A stretch of DNA of 64,000 nucleotides, from NCBI GenBank assembly GCA_038321865.1, contig JBBQFH010000005.1:1-64000 (forward strand), given 5' to 3'. Source of the DNA: Gemmatimonadales bacterium (GTDB lineage Bacteria; Gemmatimonadota; Gemmatimonadetes; Gemmatimonadales; GWC2-71-9). Positions 1-11,945 of this stretch are shown piece by piece; position 1 is the first letter of the stretch, and every line of letters starts with the position of its first letter. Both the position numbers and the translations under genes were made by a program. Under the pieces are notes generated by a model that did no database searches, had not been told where the DNA came from, and saw nothing but the letters and a program-made list of their open reading frames with translations.

Positions 1-285
1 GCCGGCCAGCAGGCGGGCGGTCTCGACCGCCGCCTGGTAGTGCGGATCGGTCGGCGGGGTGCGCGCCGAGCCAAAGATGGAGACGCCGTCGCTGATGTCG
101 GCCAGGTTGTCGAAACCCTCAACGAACTCGCCCATGATGCGGAACACGCGCCATGGATCGGTCTTGAGCAGGGCGTCAGGGCGGTAACGGGTCTGCGGCC
201 CTTCGAGGAGACTCTCGTCCTCGGTGGGCCGCTTCTTGTCGCCGCCTTTGCGGTAGGGGCTGTTCGGCAGGCTCGAATCAGTCAC
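1..285 (-). CDS. LOG family (TIGR00730 Rossmann-fold) protein, N-terminal part, runs off window
   Basis: Not in the ORF track. Hand translation from GTG at 285 gives MTDSSLPNSPY...DPWRVFRIMGEFVEGFDNLADISDGVSIFGSARTPPTDPHYQAAVETARLLAG, the typical LOG N-terminus. The start overlaps the upstream stop. Confidence 0.85.
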   Translation of the reverse strand, partial: MTDSSLPNSPYRKGGDKKRPTEDESLLEGPQTRYRPDALLKTDPWRVFRIMGEFVEGFDNLADISDGVSIFGSARTPPTDPHYQAAVETARLLAG

Positions 286-1429
286 GGGTCAGTCGCTCGA
301 TGGCGGCGCGGTGGTCATCCCGCACATTGTAGAAATAGGGCGAGATGCGGACGTGGCCGGGCCGAGCGTCGGTCACGATCCGGGCATCGGCGAGGCGCTT
401 CACGTCCCGGTGAGGATCTTCGCTCGGCAGCATGACGATTGCGGTACGCTCGGCGGCGTCCGGTGCCACCTTCGGCCGCAGCCCGGCCGCACGGGCGCAT
501 TCGATCAGGTCCTCCGCCAGCTCCATCGTCCGCCGCCGGATCTCGACGCTGCCGAGCTCCTCCAGGATCTCGAGACCACCGAGCTGCGCGTAGACCGGCA
601 TCAGCGGCGGCGTGCCGGCCTCGAAGCGACGGGCGTCGTCGTGAAACTCGAGGGCGCGGGGATCGAAGCGGAACTGCTCCCGCTGCGAGAACCAGCCGGT
701 CGCCTGCGGAAACGATGCCGGCGTGAGATGGGGCGCCGCGTAGAGAAAGGCGACGCCGGTGCCACCGAGCAGCCACTTGAGGCCGCCAGCGCAGTAGAAG
801 TCCACGCCCAGCGCCTTGACGTCCACTGGAATCTGACCGGCCGCCTGATAGCCGTCGATCAGCGCCAGCGCGCCGCGCCGGTGCGCGATGTCGGCGATCG
901 CCTTTGCGTCCTGAATGGCGCCGCTGGTGAAGAACACATGGCTCGTGGCGATGATCGCCGTCCGGTCGTCCACCGCGCGCTCGATCATCTCCAGCGGCAC
1001 GCGCGTGCCGTCCGGGCTCTCGACCACCACGACTTCCACGCCGCGCGCGGCTTTCGCCATCCACTGGTACGCGATGGTCGGGAAGTCGAGGCTGGTGACG
1101 ATCACCTTCGGCCGCTTCGCGTAATCGAGCGATTCCCCGACCGCCGTCAGTGCGGACGAGATGCTCGGATGCAACGCGATCTCGGCGCCGGACGCCCCGA
1201 CGATCCGCCCGTATCGCTGCCGCAGCTCCTCCAGCGACGCCCACCAGACGTCGTACCAGGCCGCGGCGCCGCGGTTTTCCCAGAGGTCGAGGTACTCGTT
1301 CACCTTTGCGCGCGTCCGGCCGGACAACGCGCCAAGCGAACAGCTGTTCAGATAGGTCGAGTGCCGGAAGATGGGGAACTCGTCGCGGTAGTTCCCCACG
1401 GCGCCGACAGCCGGGGCGGTGATGGTCAT
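278..1429 (-). CDS. Class V PLP-dependent aminotransferase-fold enzyme, kynureninase-like
   Basis: Motifs YLNSCSLGAL, DFPT, SHVFFTSG, IDGYQAAG, GGLKWLLGGTG (PLP Lys), ATGWF, RFEAGTPP. Start trimmed to ATG 1429. Context (TDO and anthranilate cluster) favours kynureninase. Confidence 0.75.
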   Translation of the reverse strand: MTITAPAVGAVGNYRDEFPIFRHSTYLNSCSLGALSGRTRAKVNEYLDLWENRGAAAWYDVWWASLEELRQRYGRIVGASGAEIALHPSISSALTAVGESLDYAKRPKVIVTSLDFPTIAYQWMAKAARGVEVVVVESPDGTRVPLEMIERAVDDRTAIIATSHVFFTSGAIQDAKAIADIAHRRGALALIDGYQAAGQIPVDVKALGVDFYCAGGLKWLLGGTGVAFLYAAPHLTPASFPQATGWFSQREQFRFDPRALEFHDDARRFEAGTPPLMPVYAQLGGLEILEELGSVEIRRRTMELAEDLIECARAAGLRPKVAPDAAERTAIVMLPSEDPHRDVKRLADARIVTDARPGHVRISPYFYNVRDDHRAAIERLTRD

Positions 1430-1515
1430 AGGGCCGGAATATACCCGAGTTCGGGAGCGGTGAAACGGCGGCGGGTTGCTGTTAGCTTGGTGTACCCACC
1501 GACACCGGAGCCAGC

Positions 1516-1809
1516 ATGGCCGAGCCGACGCCGACACCCGACCCGCGCTATGCGGGCTCGTGGCGCGCGCTTGCGCTCCGGCTCGCCGTGCGCGGCGCCG
1601 TGAACCCCCGGCTCGCCGTCGATCTGCTCAGGACCGGATGGGCCTTTCGCCGCCGCGGCTGGTGGCGCGCCGCACCATTCCTTCCGCTGCCGGACCGCAC
1701 GTATCTCAGGTGGCGCATGTACACGGCGTACGCCAGCGAGGACGCGGTGCCGCCGCTCGACGACGTGATCCGCTTCGCCCGCTGGCGGCGGGAGACGATG
1801 GGCCTGTGA
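1516..1809 (+). CDS. Hypothetical protein (97 aa)
   Basis: GGAG RBS. Trp/Arg-rich sequence PFLPLPDRTYLRWRMYTAY. Stop overlaps the next start (GTGA). Confidence 0.7.
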   Translation: MAEPTPTPDPRYAGSWRALALRLAVRGAVNPRLAVDLLRTGWAFRRRGWWRAAPFLPLPDRTYLRWRMYTAYASEDAVPPLDDVIRFARWRRETMGL

Positions 1810-3095
1810 CCGCACGCGTGGTGGTGCTGGGCGGCGGATTCGCGGGCCTCCACGTGGCCCGCGGGCTGGCCCGTGCCGACGCGAAGGTCACCGTCGTGGA
1901 TCGCCACAATCACCACCTGTTCCAGCCGATGCTCTACCAGGTCGCGACCGCGGCGCTGTGCCCGGGCGACATTGCCTCGCCGATCCGCTCCATCCTCCGC
2001 CGGCAGCGGAACGCGGAAGTGCTGCTGGCGGAGGTGACCGGGGTGGACCTGGCCACCCGCCAGGTCACCCTCGCCATCGGCTCGCCGCTCGAGTACGACT
2101 ACCTGGTGATCGCCACCGGGGCCAATCATTCCTACTTCGGCCGGGACGACTGGGCGCCGTACGCGCCGGGGCTCAAGACCCTCGAAGACGCGCTCGAGAT
2201 GCGCCGGCGGATCCTGCTCGCCTTCGAGCGCGCCGAGATGGAGCCCGATCCCATCAGGCGCCAGGCCCATCTCAACTTCGTGATCGTCGGCGGCGGCCCG
2301 ACCGGCGTGGAGCTGGCCGGCGCGCTGGCCGAGATCAAACGCTACGTCCTCCGCCGGGATTTCCGCCGGATCGATCCACGCGAGGCGATCGTCATCCTGA
2401 TGGAAGGCGGGAAGCGGCTGCTCCCGACCTACCCCCCCGAGCTCAGCGAAAAGGCGAAGGAAAGTCTCCGAAACCTGGGCGTGGACGTGCGAACCGAGAT
2501 GATGGTGACCGAAATCGGGCCGGAGGAGGTCGTCGCGGGCGGCTGGAGAATTCCCGCCCGCACCGTCCTCTGGGCCGCGGGCAATCTGGCGAGTCCGCTG
2601 CTCCGGACCCTCGGCACGCCCCTCGACCGGCAGGGCCGCGCGCTCGTGAACGCCGACTGCACCGTGGCGGGACACCCCGAGGTGTTCGTCCTCGGCGACG
2701 CGGCCAACTTCAACCATGATCCGGCGGGCCAGGTGCCGGGGGTCTGCCCGGCCGCGATTCAGATGGGGCAGTACGCGGCGCGCACGATCGGCGCGGAGCT
2801 CAGACGAAAGAGCAGTCCCCCGGTGCCGCGGCGGCCATTTCATTACTGGAACAAGGGCGAACTGGCGGTGATCGGCCGGGGCCGGGCGGTGGCCAACCTC
2901 GGGCGGCTCCGCTTCGGCGGGTTCATCGCGTGGCTCATGTGGATCTTCATCCACATCTTCTTCCTGATCGGATTCCGGAACCGGGTGCTCGTGATGCTCG
3001 AGTGGGCCATCTCCTACATCACGTATTCGCGCGGCGCGCGGCTCATCACCGGACAGGACGCCGGCTCGGTCGAGCCGGACGCGGCGATCGGATGA
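1806..3095 (+). CDS. ndh: Type II NADH dehydrogenase / NAD(P)/FAD-dependent oxidoreductase
   Basis: VVVLGGGFAG, HHLFQPMLYQVAT, VIVGGGPTGVELAGALAE, VFVLGD and a C-terminal amphipathic WLMWIFIHIFFLIGFRNR. GTG start at 1806. Confidence 0.9.
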   Translation: MTARVVVLGGGFAGLHVARGLARADAKVTVVDRHNHHLFQPMLYQVATAALCPGDIASPIRSILRRQRNAEVLLAEVTGVDLATRQVTLAIGSPLEYDYLVIATGANHSYFGRDDWAPYAPGLKTLEDALEMRRRILLAFERAEMEPDPIRRQAHLNFVIVGGGPTGVELAGALAEIKRYVLRRDFRRIDPREAIVILMEGGKRLLPTYPPELSEKAKESLRNLGVDVRTEMMVTEIGPEEVVAGGWRIPARTVLWAAGNLASPLLRTLGTPLDRQGRALVNADCTVAGHPEVFVLGDAANFNHDPAGQVPGVCPAAIQMGQYAARTIGAELRRKSSPPVPRRPFHYWNKGELAVIGRGRAVANLGRLRFGGFIAWLMWIFIHIFFLIGFRNRVLVMLEWAISYITYSRGARLITGQDAGSVEPDAAIG

Positions 3096-4042
3096 GCGTC
3101 ACCGCCGACGAAGTGAAAGCGCAGGCCCTGGCCCTCGGTTTCATCGCCTGCGGAATCACCGGGGTCGGGCCCACCGCCCACGGAGACCGGCTGGACGAGT
3201 GGCTGGCTCGGGGATATGCCGGCACGATGCGCTATCTGCACCGTCAGGCGCGCAGAAGAAAGGATCCGGCACTGATCGCCGCCGACGCCAGGACTGTAGT
3301 AGTCGTGCTGGACAACTACTACAACGCTGACGACACCGGCGCATTGGACCCAGGTCCGATTGTGGCGAAATATGCTCGCGGAGACGACTACCACCGCGTC
3401 ACAGCTCGAAGGCTCGACATTCTGGCGGGTTTTCTCCGCCAGAACGGCGCGACGGTCGCTAGATCTTTCTCGGATGCCGGCCCGGTGCCCGAACGAGAGC
3501 TCGCCCAGCGCGCAGGACTCGGCTGGATCGGCAAGAACACGATGCTCATCCGGCCCGGCGTCGGATCGTTCTTTTTCATCGGATCCGTCTTTACCGACCT
3601 TACATTAGAAGCAGACCAGCCGTTCGAGCTCGATCGGTGTGGCAGCTGCACCAGCTGCCTCGACGCGTGCCCGACCGACGCGTTCGTCGAACCTCGCATG
3701 CTCGATGCGACCCGGTGCATCTCCTACCTCACGATCGAGCAGAAGGGCCCGATCCCGGCCGAGCTGGCCGAACGAATGCCGGGAATTGTCTTCGGCTGCG
3801 ACATCTGCAACGATGTCTGCCCGTGGAACCAGCGCTTCGCCACCGAGACGTCGATCGCCGAGTACCGCCCGCAGCACCGCCTGGCGGGCGCCGGCCCCGA
3901 CTTCTTCGAGCGGATGCCGGCGGACGAGTTCGACCGCCGCTTCGGCGACACCCCGCTCGAGCGGCCCGGTCTGGCCGGAATGCGGCGGAACTTCAGGGCC
4001 GCCCTCACGAGGGCCGCCCGCACGAGGAGCGAGCATGGCTGA
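3092..4042 (+). CDS. queG: tRNA epoxyqueuosine(34) reductase QueG
   Basis: YARGDDYH, ERELAQRAGLGWIGKN, CGSCTSCLDACPT, RCISYLTIE and FGCDICNDVCPWN (two 4Fe-4S motifs). Confidence 0.95.
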   Translation: MSVTADEVKAQALALGFIACGITGVGPTAHGDRLDEWLARGYAGTMRYLHRQARRRKDPALIAADARTVVVVLDNYYNADDTGALDPGPIVAKYARGDDYHRVTARRLDILAGFLRQNGATVARSFSDAGPVPERELAQRAGLGWIGKNTMLIRPGVGSFFFIGSVFTDLTLEADQPFELDRCGSCTSCLDACPTDAFVEPRMLDATRCISYLTIEQKGPIPAELAERMPGIVFGCDICNDVCPWNQRFATETSIAEYRPQHRLAGAGPDFFERMPADEFDRRFGDTPLERPGLAGMRRNFRAALTRAARTRSEHG

Positions 4043-4466
4043 CGACCGTCCCGGTACTACACCTCCCGTCGAGCTCGGTGAGGGGATCGCCGTGATCCGT
4101 GGCAGTGGCAGCTGCCGGGACTGGAACGGCATCCGGTACAAGCTGGGGATGGCGGCCGGCAACGTCGGCTCGAAGCAGCTGTCGATGAACGTCGCCACGA
4201 TCCCGCCGGGCGGCGTGGCCCACGCCCACATCCACGTCGGCTTCGAAGTGATGCTCTACATCCTGGAGGGCAGGGTCCGCCACGAGTACGGGCCCGGGCT
4301 CCGGCGATCGGTGGAGAATCAGGCCGGGGACTTCATCTATATAGAACCCGGCGTGCCGCACGAGGTGTTCAACCTCAGCGCCACCGAGCCGGTGGTGGCC
4401 GTGGTCGCCCGGTCGGACGCGAGCGAATGGGAGCACATCATCACCTACGACCGGGCCAGCGAGTGA
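4035..4466 (+). CDS. Cupin domain protein
   Basis: IPPGGVAHAHIH...E and GDFIYIEPGVPHEVFN cupin motifs. ATG 4035 overlaps the queG end. Confidence 0.85.
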   Translation: MADDRPGTTPPVELGEGIAVIRGSGSCRDWNGIRYKLGMAAGNVGSKQLSMNVATIPPGGVAHAHIHVGFEVMLYILEGRVRHEYGPGLRRSVENQAGDFIYIEPGVPHEVFNLSATEPVVAVVARSDASEWEHIITYDRASE

Positions 4467-4879
4467 CGGCCCCGTTCCACTTCGCCTTCTTCGTCCGCGA
4501 TCTCCCCTCGACCCGACGCTTCTATGGAGAGGTGCTCGGCTGCCCCGAGGGCCGGAGCACCGATACCTGGGTGGACTTCGACTTCTTCGGCAATCAGATC
4601 TCGGCCCACACCACCGGAGCCGTCACCCCGACCGCCGACACCGGGCGGGTGGAGGGAGTCGCGGTGCCGATGCCCCATTTCGGTGCCCTGCTGCCTTGGG
4701 ACCGGTTCAACAGCGTGGCCGACAGCATTCGGGCGGCCGGCGTGCCGTTCGTCATCGAACCGATGATCCGCTATCCGGGCCAGCCCGGCGAACAGGCCAC
4801 GATGTTTCTCCGCGATCCCAGTGGCAACGCGCTCGAGTTCAAGAGCTTCCGTCATCCCGAGCACGTCTTCACCGCATGA
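4463..4879 (+). CDS. VOC/glyoxalase family protein
   Basis: [31 protein letters not shown] and [15 protein letters not shown]. Confidence 0.9.
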   Translation: MTAPFHFAFFVRDLPSTRRFYGEVLGCPEGRSTDTWVDFDFFGNQISAHTTGAVTPTADTGRVEGVAVPMPHFGALLPWDRFNSVADSIRAAGVPFVIEPMIRYPGQPGEQATMFLRDPSGNALEFKSFRHPEHVFTA

Positions 4880-4895
4880 GACACCGGAGCCGCGC

Positions 4896-7166
4896 GTGAA
4901 GGTCACCGTGATCGGGGGCGGGCCCGCCGGGCTCTATTTCGCGCTGCTCATGAAGAAGGCCGACGCTCGGCACCAGGTGACGGTGCTCGAGCGCAACGCG
5001 CCGGGCAACACCTTCGGCTGGGGCGTCGTCTTCTCCGACCAGACGCTGGGCAACTTCCGAACCGCCGATCCCGAGAGCTACCAGGCGATCGCCGATCATT
5101 TCGCCCGGTGGGACGACATCGACATTCATTTCCGCGGGACGACGACCACGTCCGGTGGACACGGATTCGTCGGCATCGCGCGCCAGACGCTGCTCGACCT
5201 GCTGCGTGCGCGCGCCGAATCGCTGGGCGTGGAAATCCGCTTCAATTGCGACGTGCCGGACGATGCCGGGCTCGAGGCGGACCTGATCGTGGCGGCGGAC
5301 GGCGTGAACAGCACGATCCGCCGGAAGTACGCCTCCGCCTTCGAGCCCGACCTCGACGTCCGCACCGCTCGGTACGTCTGGCTCGGCACCACCCGGCGAT
5401 TCGACGCCTTCACATTCACCATCGTCGAGACGCCCGCCGGTGTCTTCCAGGCGCATGCCTACCGCTTCGACGAGACGCGCTCGGCGTTCATCGTGGAGTG
5501 TGACGAGCGTTCCTGGCGGGCGGCCGGCCTTGACCGGATGGACATCGGCGCGACGATCGCCGAGTGCGAGCGGATGTTCGCGCCCTGGCTCGACGGTCAC
5601 GCGCTGCTCGGCAACGTGCCGCCCCATCTGCGGGATCACCCGTGGGTCAGCTTCACCCGGGTGCGATGCGGCCGCTGGCACCACGGCCGCGTGGTGCTGA
5701 TCGGCGACGCCGCGCACACGGCCCACTTTTCGATCGGGTCCGGCACCAAGCTCGCCATGGAGGACGCGATCGCCCTGGCGGCGTCGCTCGACGCCGAGCC
5801 GGTGCTGGAGCAGGCGCTCGAGCGCTACGAGGGCGAGCGCACCACCGAGGCGCTCCGCCTGCAGAACGCGGCGCGCAACTCGATGGAGTGGTTCGAGAAT
5901 GTGCGCCGTTACGTGCATCTCGATCCGCCGCAGTTCGCCTACAGTCTCCTGACGCGCAGCCAGCGCGTGAGCCACGAGAATCTCCGGCTCCGGGACCATG
6001 CCTACCTCGGCGGCGTCGAGCGCTGGTTCGCCTCACGGGCGGGGGCGCAGTCGGAACCGGCAGTGCCACCGCTCTTCACGCCGTTCCGGCTGCGCGAGCT
6101 GACGCTGGCCAACCGCGTTGTCCTGTCGCCGATGGACATGTACAGCGCGGTGGACGGCACCCCCAACGATTTCCACCTGGTGCACCTCGGTGCCCGGGCG
6201 CTCGGCGGCGCCGGACTGCTGATGACGGAGATGACCTGCGTTTCGCCCGAGGGACGGATTACGCTGGGCTGCACCGGCATGTACACCGAGGCTCATGCGG
6301 CGGCCTGGACCCGCATCGTCGGCACGGTGCACCAGTGGAGTCCCGCGAAGATCTGTCTCCAGCTCGGCCACTCCGGCGGCAAGGGGTCGACGCGGCTGAT
6401 GTGGGAGGGAATGGACGATCCGCTCGAGTCCGGCAACTGGCCGGTGATGGGCCCGTCGCCGGTGGCGTACAAGCCGGGGATGCAGGTGCCACGGGAGATG
6501 TCCCGCGCCGACATGGAGCGGGTGCGCGAGGAGTTCGTCCGCGCGACCCGTATGGCGGCCGCGTGCGGGTTCGACATGCTGGAGCTCCACTGCGCGCATG
6601 GCTACCTGCTCTCCGCCTTCATCACGCCGCTGAGCAACCGCCGCACCGATGAATACGGCGGCAGTCCGGGGAACCGGCTCCGCTATCCGGTCGAGGTGTT
6701 CACCGCCATGCGCGCCGAATGGCCGGCGGAGCGTCCGATGTCGGTCCGCATTTCGGCGCACGACTGGACCGACGGCGGGCTGACGGATGCCGACGCCGTC
6801 GGGGTGGCCCGGGCGTTTCATGCCGCCGGGGCGGACATCATTCACGTCTCCGCCGGACAGACCTCGGCCGATGCGCGTCCGGTGTACGGGCGCATGTTCC
6901 AGACGCCGTTCAGCGACCGCATCCGGAACGAATCGGGCATCCCCACGATCGCGGTCGGCAACATCAGCGACGCCGACCAGGTCAACAGCATCATCGCGGC
7001 GGGACGGGCGGATCTGTGCGCCATCGGCCGTCCGCATCTCGCCGATCCGCAGTGGACCCTTCGCGCCGCGGCCGAGCTGGGCTATGCCGGGCAGGAGTGG
7101 CCGGTGCAGTATCTTCCGGGGAAGCTCCAGCTCGAGCGAAACCTCCAGCGGGCAAGGGCGCCATGA
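4896..7166 (+). CDS. abmA: Bifunctional anthraniloyl-CoA monooxygenase/reductase (salicylyl-CoA 5-hydroxylase family)
   Basis: N-terminal FAD monooxygenase ([42 protein letters not shown]) fused to an old-yellow-enzyme domain ([36 protein letters not shown]). Confidence 0.92.
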   Translation: MKVTVIGGGPAGLYFALLMKKADARHQVTVLERNAPGNTFGWGVVFSDQTLGNFRTADPESYQAIADHFARWDDIDIHFRGTTTTSGGHGFVGIARQTLLDLLRARAESLGVEIRFNCDVPDDAGLEADLIVAADGVNSTIRRKYASAFEPDLDVRTARYVWLGTTRRFDAFTFTIVETPAGVFQAHAYRFDETRSAFIVECDERSWRAAGLDRMDIGATIAECERMFAPWLDGHALLGNVPPHLRDHPWVSFTRVRCGRWHHGRVVLIGDAAHTAHFSIGSGTKLAMEDAIALAASLDAEPVLEQALERYEGERTTEALRLQNAARNSMEWFENVRRYVHLDPPQFAYSLLTRSQRVSHENLRLRDHAYLGGVERWFASRAGAQSEPAVPPLFTPFRLRELTLANRVVLSPMDMYSAVDGTPNDFHLVHLGARALGGAGLLMTEMTCVSPEGRITLGCTGMYTEAHAAAWTRIVGTVHQWSPAKICLQLGHSGGKGSTRLMWEGMDDPLESGNWPVMGPSPVAYKPGMQVPREMSRADMERVREEFVRATRMAAACGFDMLELHCAHGYLLSAFITPLSNRRTDEYGGSPGNRLRYPVEVFTAMRAEWPAERPMSVRISAHDWTDGGLTDADAVGVARAFHAAGADIIHVSAGQTSADARPVYGRMFQTPFSDRIRNESGIPTIAVGNISDADQVNSIIAAGRADLCAIGRPHLADPQWTLRAAAELGYAGQEWPVQYLPGKLQLERNLQRARAP

Positions 7167-7942
7167 GCGACCGATCACTCGAGGGACGGCACGCGATCGT
7201 GACCGGCGGCAGCCGCGGCATAGGGCTGGCGATCGCGCACGCCCTCGCGGGCCGCGGCGCCTCACTCACGCTCCTCGGCCGGCAGACCGGCGACCTCGAG
7301 CAGGCGGCCGCGCTGCTGAAGTCGCACGGGGTGGAGGTAATTGTCGCGCGATGCGACGTGGCCGATGCCGGCGAGGTGAAGTCGGCGTTCGCGCTTTCAC
7401 GCCGCCGCTTCCCCTCGCCCTACATCCTGGTCAACAACGCGGGTCAGGGCGACGTGGGCCCCTTCGCGGCGATGGCGCGCGAGACCTGGGATCGCATGCT
7501 CGCTGTCAACCTCACGGGGACCTGGCTCTGCACGCGCGAGGTCTATCCGGCGATGGTCGAGGCCGCGGGCGGCCGCATCGTCAACGTCGCGTCGGTGGCC
7601 GGCGTCCGCGGTTTCAACGGCGGGTCGGCCTACTCCGCCGCCAAGCACGGCGTCGTCGGCCTCACCCGGTCGCTCGCCCTGGAGGCGGCCAAGCTTGGCA
7701 TCACGGTGAACGCCGTCTGCCCCGGCTATACCGATACCGACATGGCGGCGCGCGCCGCCGCCAACGTGTCGAGCGTGCGCGGGATTCCGCTGGATGACGC
7801 GAAACAGGTGATCGCCCGGACGCTGCCGCTGGGCCGGCTGATCCAGCCGGACGAGGTCGCGGCCACGGTGGCCTGGCTCTGCTCCGATGGGGCCGCCGCC
7901 GTGAGCGGCCAGGCGATCGTCGTTGCCGGGGGCGACGCGTGA
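7163..7942 (+). CDS. SDR family oxidoreductase (abm cluster hydroxyacyl-CoA dehydrogenase-like)
   Basis: [19 protein letters not shown] and [11 protein letters not shown]. Confidence 0.9.
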   Translation: MSDRSLEGRHAIVTGGSRGIGLAIAHALAGRGASLTLLGRQTGDLEQAAALLKSHGVEVIVARCDVADAGEVKSAFALSRRRFPSPYILVNNAGQGDVGPFAAMARETWDRMLAVNLTGTWLCTREVYPAMVEAAGGRIVNVASVAGVRGFNGGSAYSAAKHGVVGLTRSLALEAAKLGITVNAVCPGYTDTDMAARAAANVSSVRGIPLDDAKQVIARTLPLGRLIQPDEVAATVAWLCSDGAAAVSGQAIVVAGGDA

Positions 7943-8748
7943 TCGCGCCGAAGCACTTCGGCTGGGTCGTGCGCGAACGGGTAGCGACGGTGACGCTCGA
8001 TCGCCCGGAGCGGAAGAATCCGCTCACCTTCGAATCGTACGCCGAGCTGGTGGACACCTTCGAGCGGCTCCGTGACACGCCGGAGGTGCGCGCCGTGGTG
8101 GTGACCGGCGCCGGGGGCAACTTCTCCTCCGGCGGTGACGTCCACGAGATCATCGGGCCGCTGGTCCGCATGAAGGACGAAGGCCGCACCGGCGACCTGC
8201 TCGCCTTTACCCGGCTCACCGGCTCGCTGGTGCGGACGATGCGCGCCTGCCCCCAGCCGATCGTGGCCGCCGTGGACGGCGTCTGTGCCGGCGCCGGCGC
8301 CATCATCGCGATGGCGTCCGACATCCGCTTCGGCACGGCGCGCAGCAAGGTCGGATTCCTCTTCGTTCGCGTCGGCCTGTCGGGCGCGGACATGGGCGCG
8401 TGCGCCATCCTCCCGCGCATCGTCGGGCAGGGCCGCGCCAGCGAGCTGCTCTACACCGGCCGCTTCATGCCGGGCGACGAGGCCGAGCGGTGGGGGTTCT
8501 ACAACCGGCTGAGCGCGCCGGACGCCGTGCTGGCCGACGCGCACGCCTTTGCCGTCGAGCTGGCCCGCGGGCCCACGGTGGCGCACGCGCTCACCAAGCG
8601 CATGCTGCACGTGGAGTGGAACATGGGCGTCGACCAGGCAATCGAGGCCGAGGCCGTGGCGCAGGCCCGCTGCATGGAGACCGGGGACTTCGCGCGGGCC
8701 TACCACGCCTTTGCGGCCAAAGAGACGCCTGTGTTCGAGGGCGACTGA
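7939..8748 (+). CDS. Enoyl-CoA hydratase family protein (abm cluster)
   Basis: [34 protein letters not shown] and [18 protein letters not shown]. Confidence 0.9.
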   Translation: MIAPKHFGWVVRERVATVTLDRPERKNPLTFESYAELVDTFERLRDTPEVRAVVVTGAGGNFSSGGDVHEIIGPLVRMKDEGRTGDLLAFTRLTGSLVRTMRACPQPIVAAVDGVCAGAGAIIAMASDIRFGTARSKVGFLFVRVGLSGADMGACAILPRIVGQGRASELLYTGRFMPGDEAERWGFYNRLSAPDAVLADAHAFAVELARGPTVAHALTKRMLHVEWNMGVDQAIEAEAVAQARCMETGDFARAYHAFAAKETPVFEGD

Positions 8749-9926
8749 TGTCCGACCGCACGTTCCTGTCCTGGCCCTTCTTCGACGACGATCACCGCCG
8801 CCTGGCCGACGGGCTCGACGCCTGGGCCGCCGTCGAGCTGCAGGACGCCCACCCGCTCGGCCATCGGATCGACGATGCCTGCCGCGACATCGCGCGCCGG
8901 ATGGGAGCCGCCGGCTGGCTCCGCGCGGTCGTCCCCGCGGCGTTCGGTGGTGTGCACGAGCGGCTCGATGTCCGCTCGCTCTGCCTCAGCCGCGAGACGC
9001 TCGCGCGCCACGCACCGCTGGCCGACTTCGTGTTCGCGCTTCAGGGGCTGGGCGTCGGCCCGATCACGCTGTTCGGGACCGACGCCCAGCGGCGGACCTA
9101 CCTGCCTCCGGTGGCGGAAGGCCGCCGGATCGCGGCATTCGCGCTCTCCGAGCGCGAGGCGGGGTCCGACGTCGCCGGCATGCGGGCCACCGCGACCGCC
9201 GACGTGGACGCCTGGGTCCTCAATGGCGAGAAGACCTGGATCTCGAACGCCGGCATGGCCGACCACTACGTGGTGTTCTGCCGGATGCCGGAATCGGGCG
9301 AGCGAGCCTACGGCGCGTTCATCGTGGACGCGGCGAACCCTGGACTCCGCGTGACCGGGCGAATCGAGGTGAGCGCGCCGCATCCGATCGGGACCATCAC
9401 ACTGGAGCACTGCCGCGTCCCGGCGGACGCGTTGATCGGCGAGATCGGCAAGGGGCTCCGCGTCGCGCTGGGCACGCTCGACGTGTTTCGCACGACCGTC
9501 GGCGCCGCCGCGCTCGGCTTCGCGCGCCGCGCGCTGGACGAGGCCGCCGCCCACGTGCAACGCCGCCAGGCGTTCGGCGCGCCGCTGGCCGATCTGCAGC
9601 TGGTCCAGGCCAGGCTCGCCGACATGGCGGTGGAGATCGATGCCAGCGCGCTGCTCGTCTATCGCGCCGCGTGGACCAGGGACATGGGCGCCGAGCGGGT
9701 GACGCGCGAGGCGGCGATGGCCAAGCTGTATGCCACCGAGGCGGCCCAGCGCGTCATCGATGATGCGATCCAGCTGCTCGGCGCGCGCGGCGTGGAGGTC
9801 GGCGGGCCGCTGGAGGAACTCTACCGGGAGATCCGCGCGCTCCGCATCTACGAGGGCGCGAGCGACATCCAGCGGCTCATCATCGCCGGCCAGCTCCTGG
9901 CGGACCCAGCGGAGCGCGCGCGTTGA
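8748..9926 (+). CDS. Acyl-CoA dehydrogenase
   Basis: [32 protein letters not shown] and [19 protein letters not shown]. Confidence 0.93.
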   Translation: MSDRTFLSWPFFDDDHRRLADGLDAWAAVELQDAHPLGHRIDDACRDIARRMGAAGWLRAVVPAAFGGVHERLDVRSLCLSRETLARHAPLADFVFALQGLGVGPITLFGTDAQRRTYLPPVAEGRRIAAFALSEREAGSDVAGMRATATADVDAWVLNGEKTWISNAGMADHYVVFCRMPESGERAYGAFIVDAANPGLRVTGRIEVSAPHPIGTITLEHCRVPADALIGEIGKGLRVALGTLDVFRTTVGAAALGFARRALDEAAAHVQRRQAFGAPLADLQLVQARLADMAVEIDASALLVYRAAWTRDMGAERVTREAAMAKLYATEAAQRVIDDAIQLLGARGVEVGGPLEELYREIRALRIYEGASDIQRLIIAGQLLADPAERAR

Positions 9927-11539
9927 CGCTGGCGGACACCTTCTGCCGCGATGCACTGCCGCCCCCCGAGCTCTGGCCGGTGATGCGCTACGACACGCTG
10001 CCGGAGCTCGCCGCCTATTCGCCTCGGATGAATTGCGCGACCGAGCTCCTGGACGATGCGATCGCACGCGGCTGGGGCGAGCGCACGGCGCTGATCTCCC
10101 CCGCCGGCCGGTGGAGCTATCGCCGGCTGCTGGAGACCGCGAACCAGATCGCTCACGCCCTGGTCGACGACCTCGGCCTCGTCCCCGGCGGGCGCGTGCT
10201 GCTCCGCGGCCCCAACAACCCGATGCTGGTCGCCTGCTGGTTCGCGGTGCTCAAGGCGGGCGGCGTCGTGGTGTGCACCATGCCCCTGCTCCGGCCCCGG
10301 GAGCTGGGCTTTACGATCGAGAAGGCGAAGATCACGTTGGCGCTGAGCGACACGCGCGTGGCGGAGGACTGCGAGACCGCCATGCGCGCGATGCCTGGCG
10401 GCCGGGTCGTTCACTACGGCTTGGAGAACGAGCCCGGTTCGCTCGAGCGGCTGATGGCGGGCAAGCCGCTGACCTTCGCCAACGCCGACACCGCGGCTGA
10501 CGACACGGCCCTCATCGCCTTCACCTCCGGCACCACCGGCCAGGGGAAGGGCACGATGCACTTCCATCGCGATGTCATGGCCATCTGCGACTGCTTCCCG
10601 AAGTACGTGCTCTGTCCGGAGCCGGACGACGTCTGCATCGGCTCGCCGCCGCTCGCCTTCACCTTCGGGCTCGGCGGCCTGGTCCTCTTTCCCATGCGGG
10701 TCGGCGCGGCGGGCGTCCTGCTGGAACAGGGGACACCGCCCAACCTCGCGAAGGGAATCGCGGAGTTCCGGGCCACCATCTGCTTCACCGCGCCCACGGC
10801 GTACCGCGCGATGGGCGGCCTGCTGGCCGAGCACGATGTGTCGAGCCTGCGGGCGTGCGTGTCGGCGGGCGAGACGCTGCCGCTGGCGACATTCGAGGCG
10901 TGGGAGCGTGCGACCGGCATCCGGATCATCGACGGCATCGGCTCCACCGAGATGCTCCACATCTTCATCAGCGCCTCCGGTGACCGGATTCGGCCTGGCG
11001 CGACCGGCCTGCCGGTGCCCGGCTACGAGGCGAAGCTGGTGGACGAGCGCGGCGCCGATGTCCCCGCCGGCGAAATCGGCCGGCTCGCGGTGCGCGGCCC
11101 GACCGGCTGCCGCTACCTCGACAACCTCGAGCGGCAGCGCGCCTACGTCCAGGATGGCTGGAACGTGACCGGCGATTCGTACCGCCGGGATGCCGACGGC
11201 TACTACTGGTACCAGGCCCGCACCGACGACATGATCATCTCGTCGGGGTACAACATCTCAGGTCCCGAGGTCGAGGGCGTGCTGCTGCTGCATCCTGCGG
11301 TCCACGAGTGCGCCGTGATCGGCGCGCCGGACGCCGAGCGGGGGCAGATCGTGAAGGCCTACATCGTCCTCCGGCCGGCGCACGCGCCGGGCGCCGACCT
11401 GGTGAAGGAGCTGCAGCAGTTCGTGAAGGCCGAGCTCGCACCGTACAAGTATCCCCGCGCGATCGAGTTTGCCGGAGCGCTGCCGCGCACCGAGACCGGC
11501 AAGCTGCAGCGGTTCCGCCTTCGTGAGGACAGCGCATGA
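9923..11539 (+). CDS. abmG: 2-aminobenzoate-CoA ligase (AMP-binding)
   Basis: [50 protein letters not shown] and [10 protein letters not shown]. Located in the abm cluster. Confidence 0.85.
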   Translation: MTLADTFCRDALPPPELWPVMRYDTLPELAAYSPRMNCATELLDDAIARGWGERTALISPAGRWSYRRLLETANQIAHALVDDLGLVPGGRVLLRGPNNPMLVACWFAVLKAGGVVVCTMPLLRPRELGFTIEKAKITLALSDTRVAEDCETAMRAMPGGRVVHYGLENEPGSLERLMAGKPLTFANADTAADDTALIAFTSGTTGQGKGTMHFHRDVMAICDCFPKYVLCPEPDDVCIGSPPLAFTFGLGGLVLFPMRVGAAGVLLEQGTPPNLAKGIAEFRATICFTAPTAYRAMGGLLAEHDVSSLRACVSAGETLPLATFEAWERATGIRIIDGIGSTEMLHIFISASGDRIRPGATGLPVPGYEAKLVDERGADVPAGEIGRLAVRGPTGCRYLDNLERQRAYVQDGWNVTGDSYRRDADGYYWYQARTDDMIISSGYNISGPEVEGVLLLHPAVHECAVIGAPDAERGQIVKAYIVLRPAHAPGADLVKELQQFVKAELAPYKYPRAIEFAGALPRTETGKLQRFRLREDSA

Positions 11540-11943
11540 GCGAAGAGTTTTCCTTTCTCCGCCCCGCCGGCTGGGCCGAGCCGAAGGGATACACCGACGG
11601 CATCAGCGCGACCGGACGCATGGTCTTCGTGTCCGGCCAGGTCGGGTGGAATCCCGCGACATGCGAGTTCGAGACCGACGACTTCGCCGGGCAGGCGGAG
11701 CAGGCGCTGGCCAACCTGCTCGCGGTCGTGCACGCCGCGGGCGCCCGCCCCGAAAACCTGGTCCGGCTCACCTGGTACGTCACCGACCGCGAACGGTACG
11801 TCGCGGCGCGATCGGCACTCGGTGCCGCCTATCGCCGCACCGTCGGTTCACATTATCCGGCGATGTCGCTCGTGATCGTCGGCGGGCTGCTCGAGCAGCG
11901 GGCGCTGCTCGAGATCGAGGCCACCGTCGTGATCCCCGAGTGA
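11536..11943 (+). CDS. RidA/YjgF family protein
   Basis: PAGWAEPKGY, VFVSGQVGW, YPAMSLV and LEIEAT. Confidence 0.9.
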   Translation: MSEEFSFLRPAGWAEPKGYTDGISATGRMVFVSGQVGWNPATCEFETDDFAGQAEQALANLLAVVHAAGARPENLVRLTWYVTDRERYVAARSALGAAYRRTVGSHYPAMSLVIVGGLLEQRALLEIEATVVIPE

Positions 11944-11945
11944 CG

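Noticed and set aside
278..1429. Cysteine desulfurase call for the class V enzyme
   Set aside because: I saw no catalytic Cys loop (SACS or RxGxHC) in the C-terminal domain, and the context favours kynureninase.
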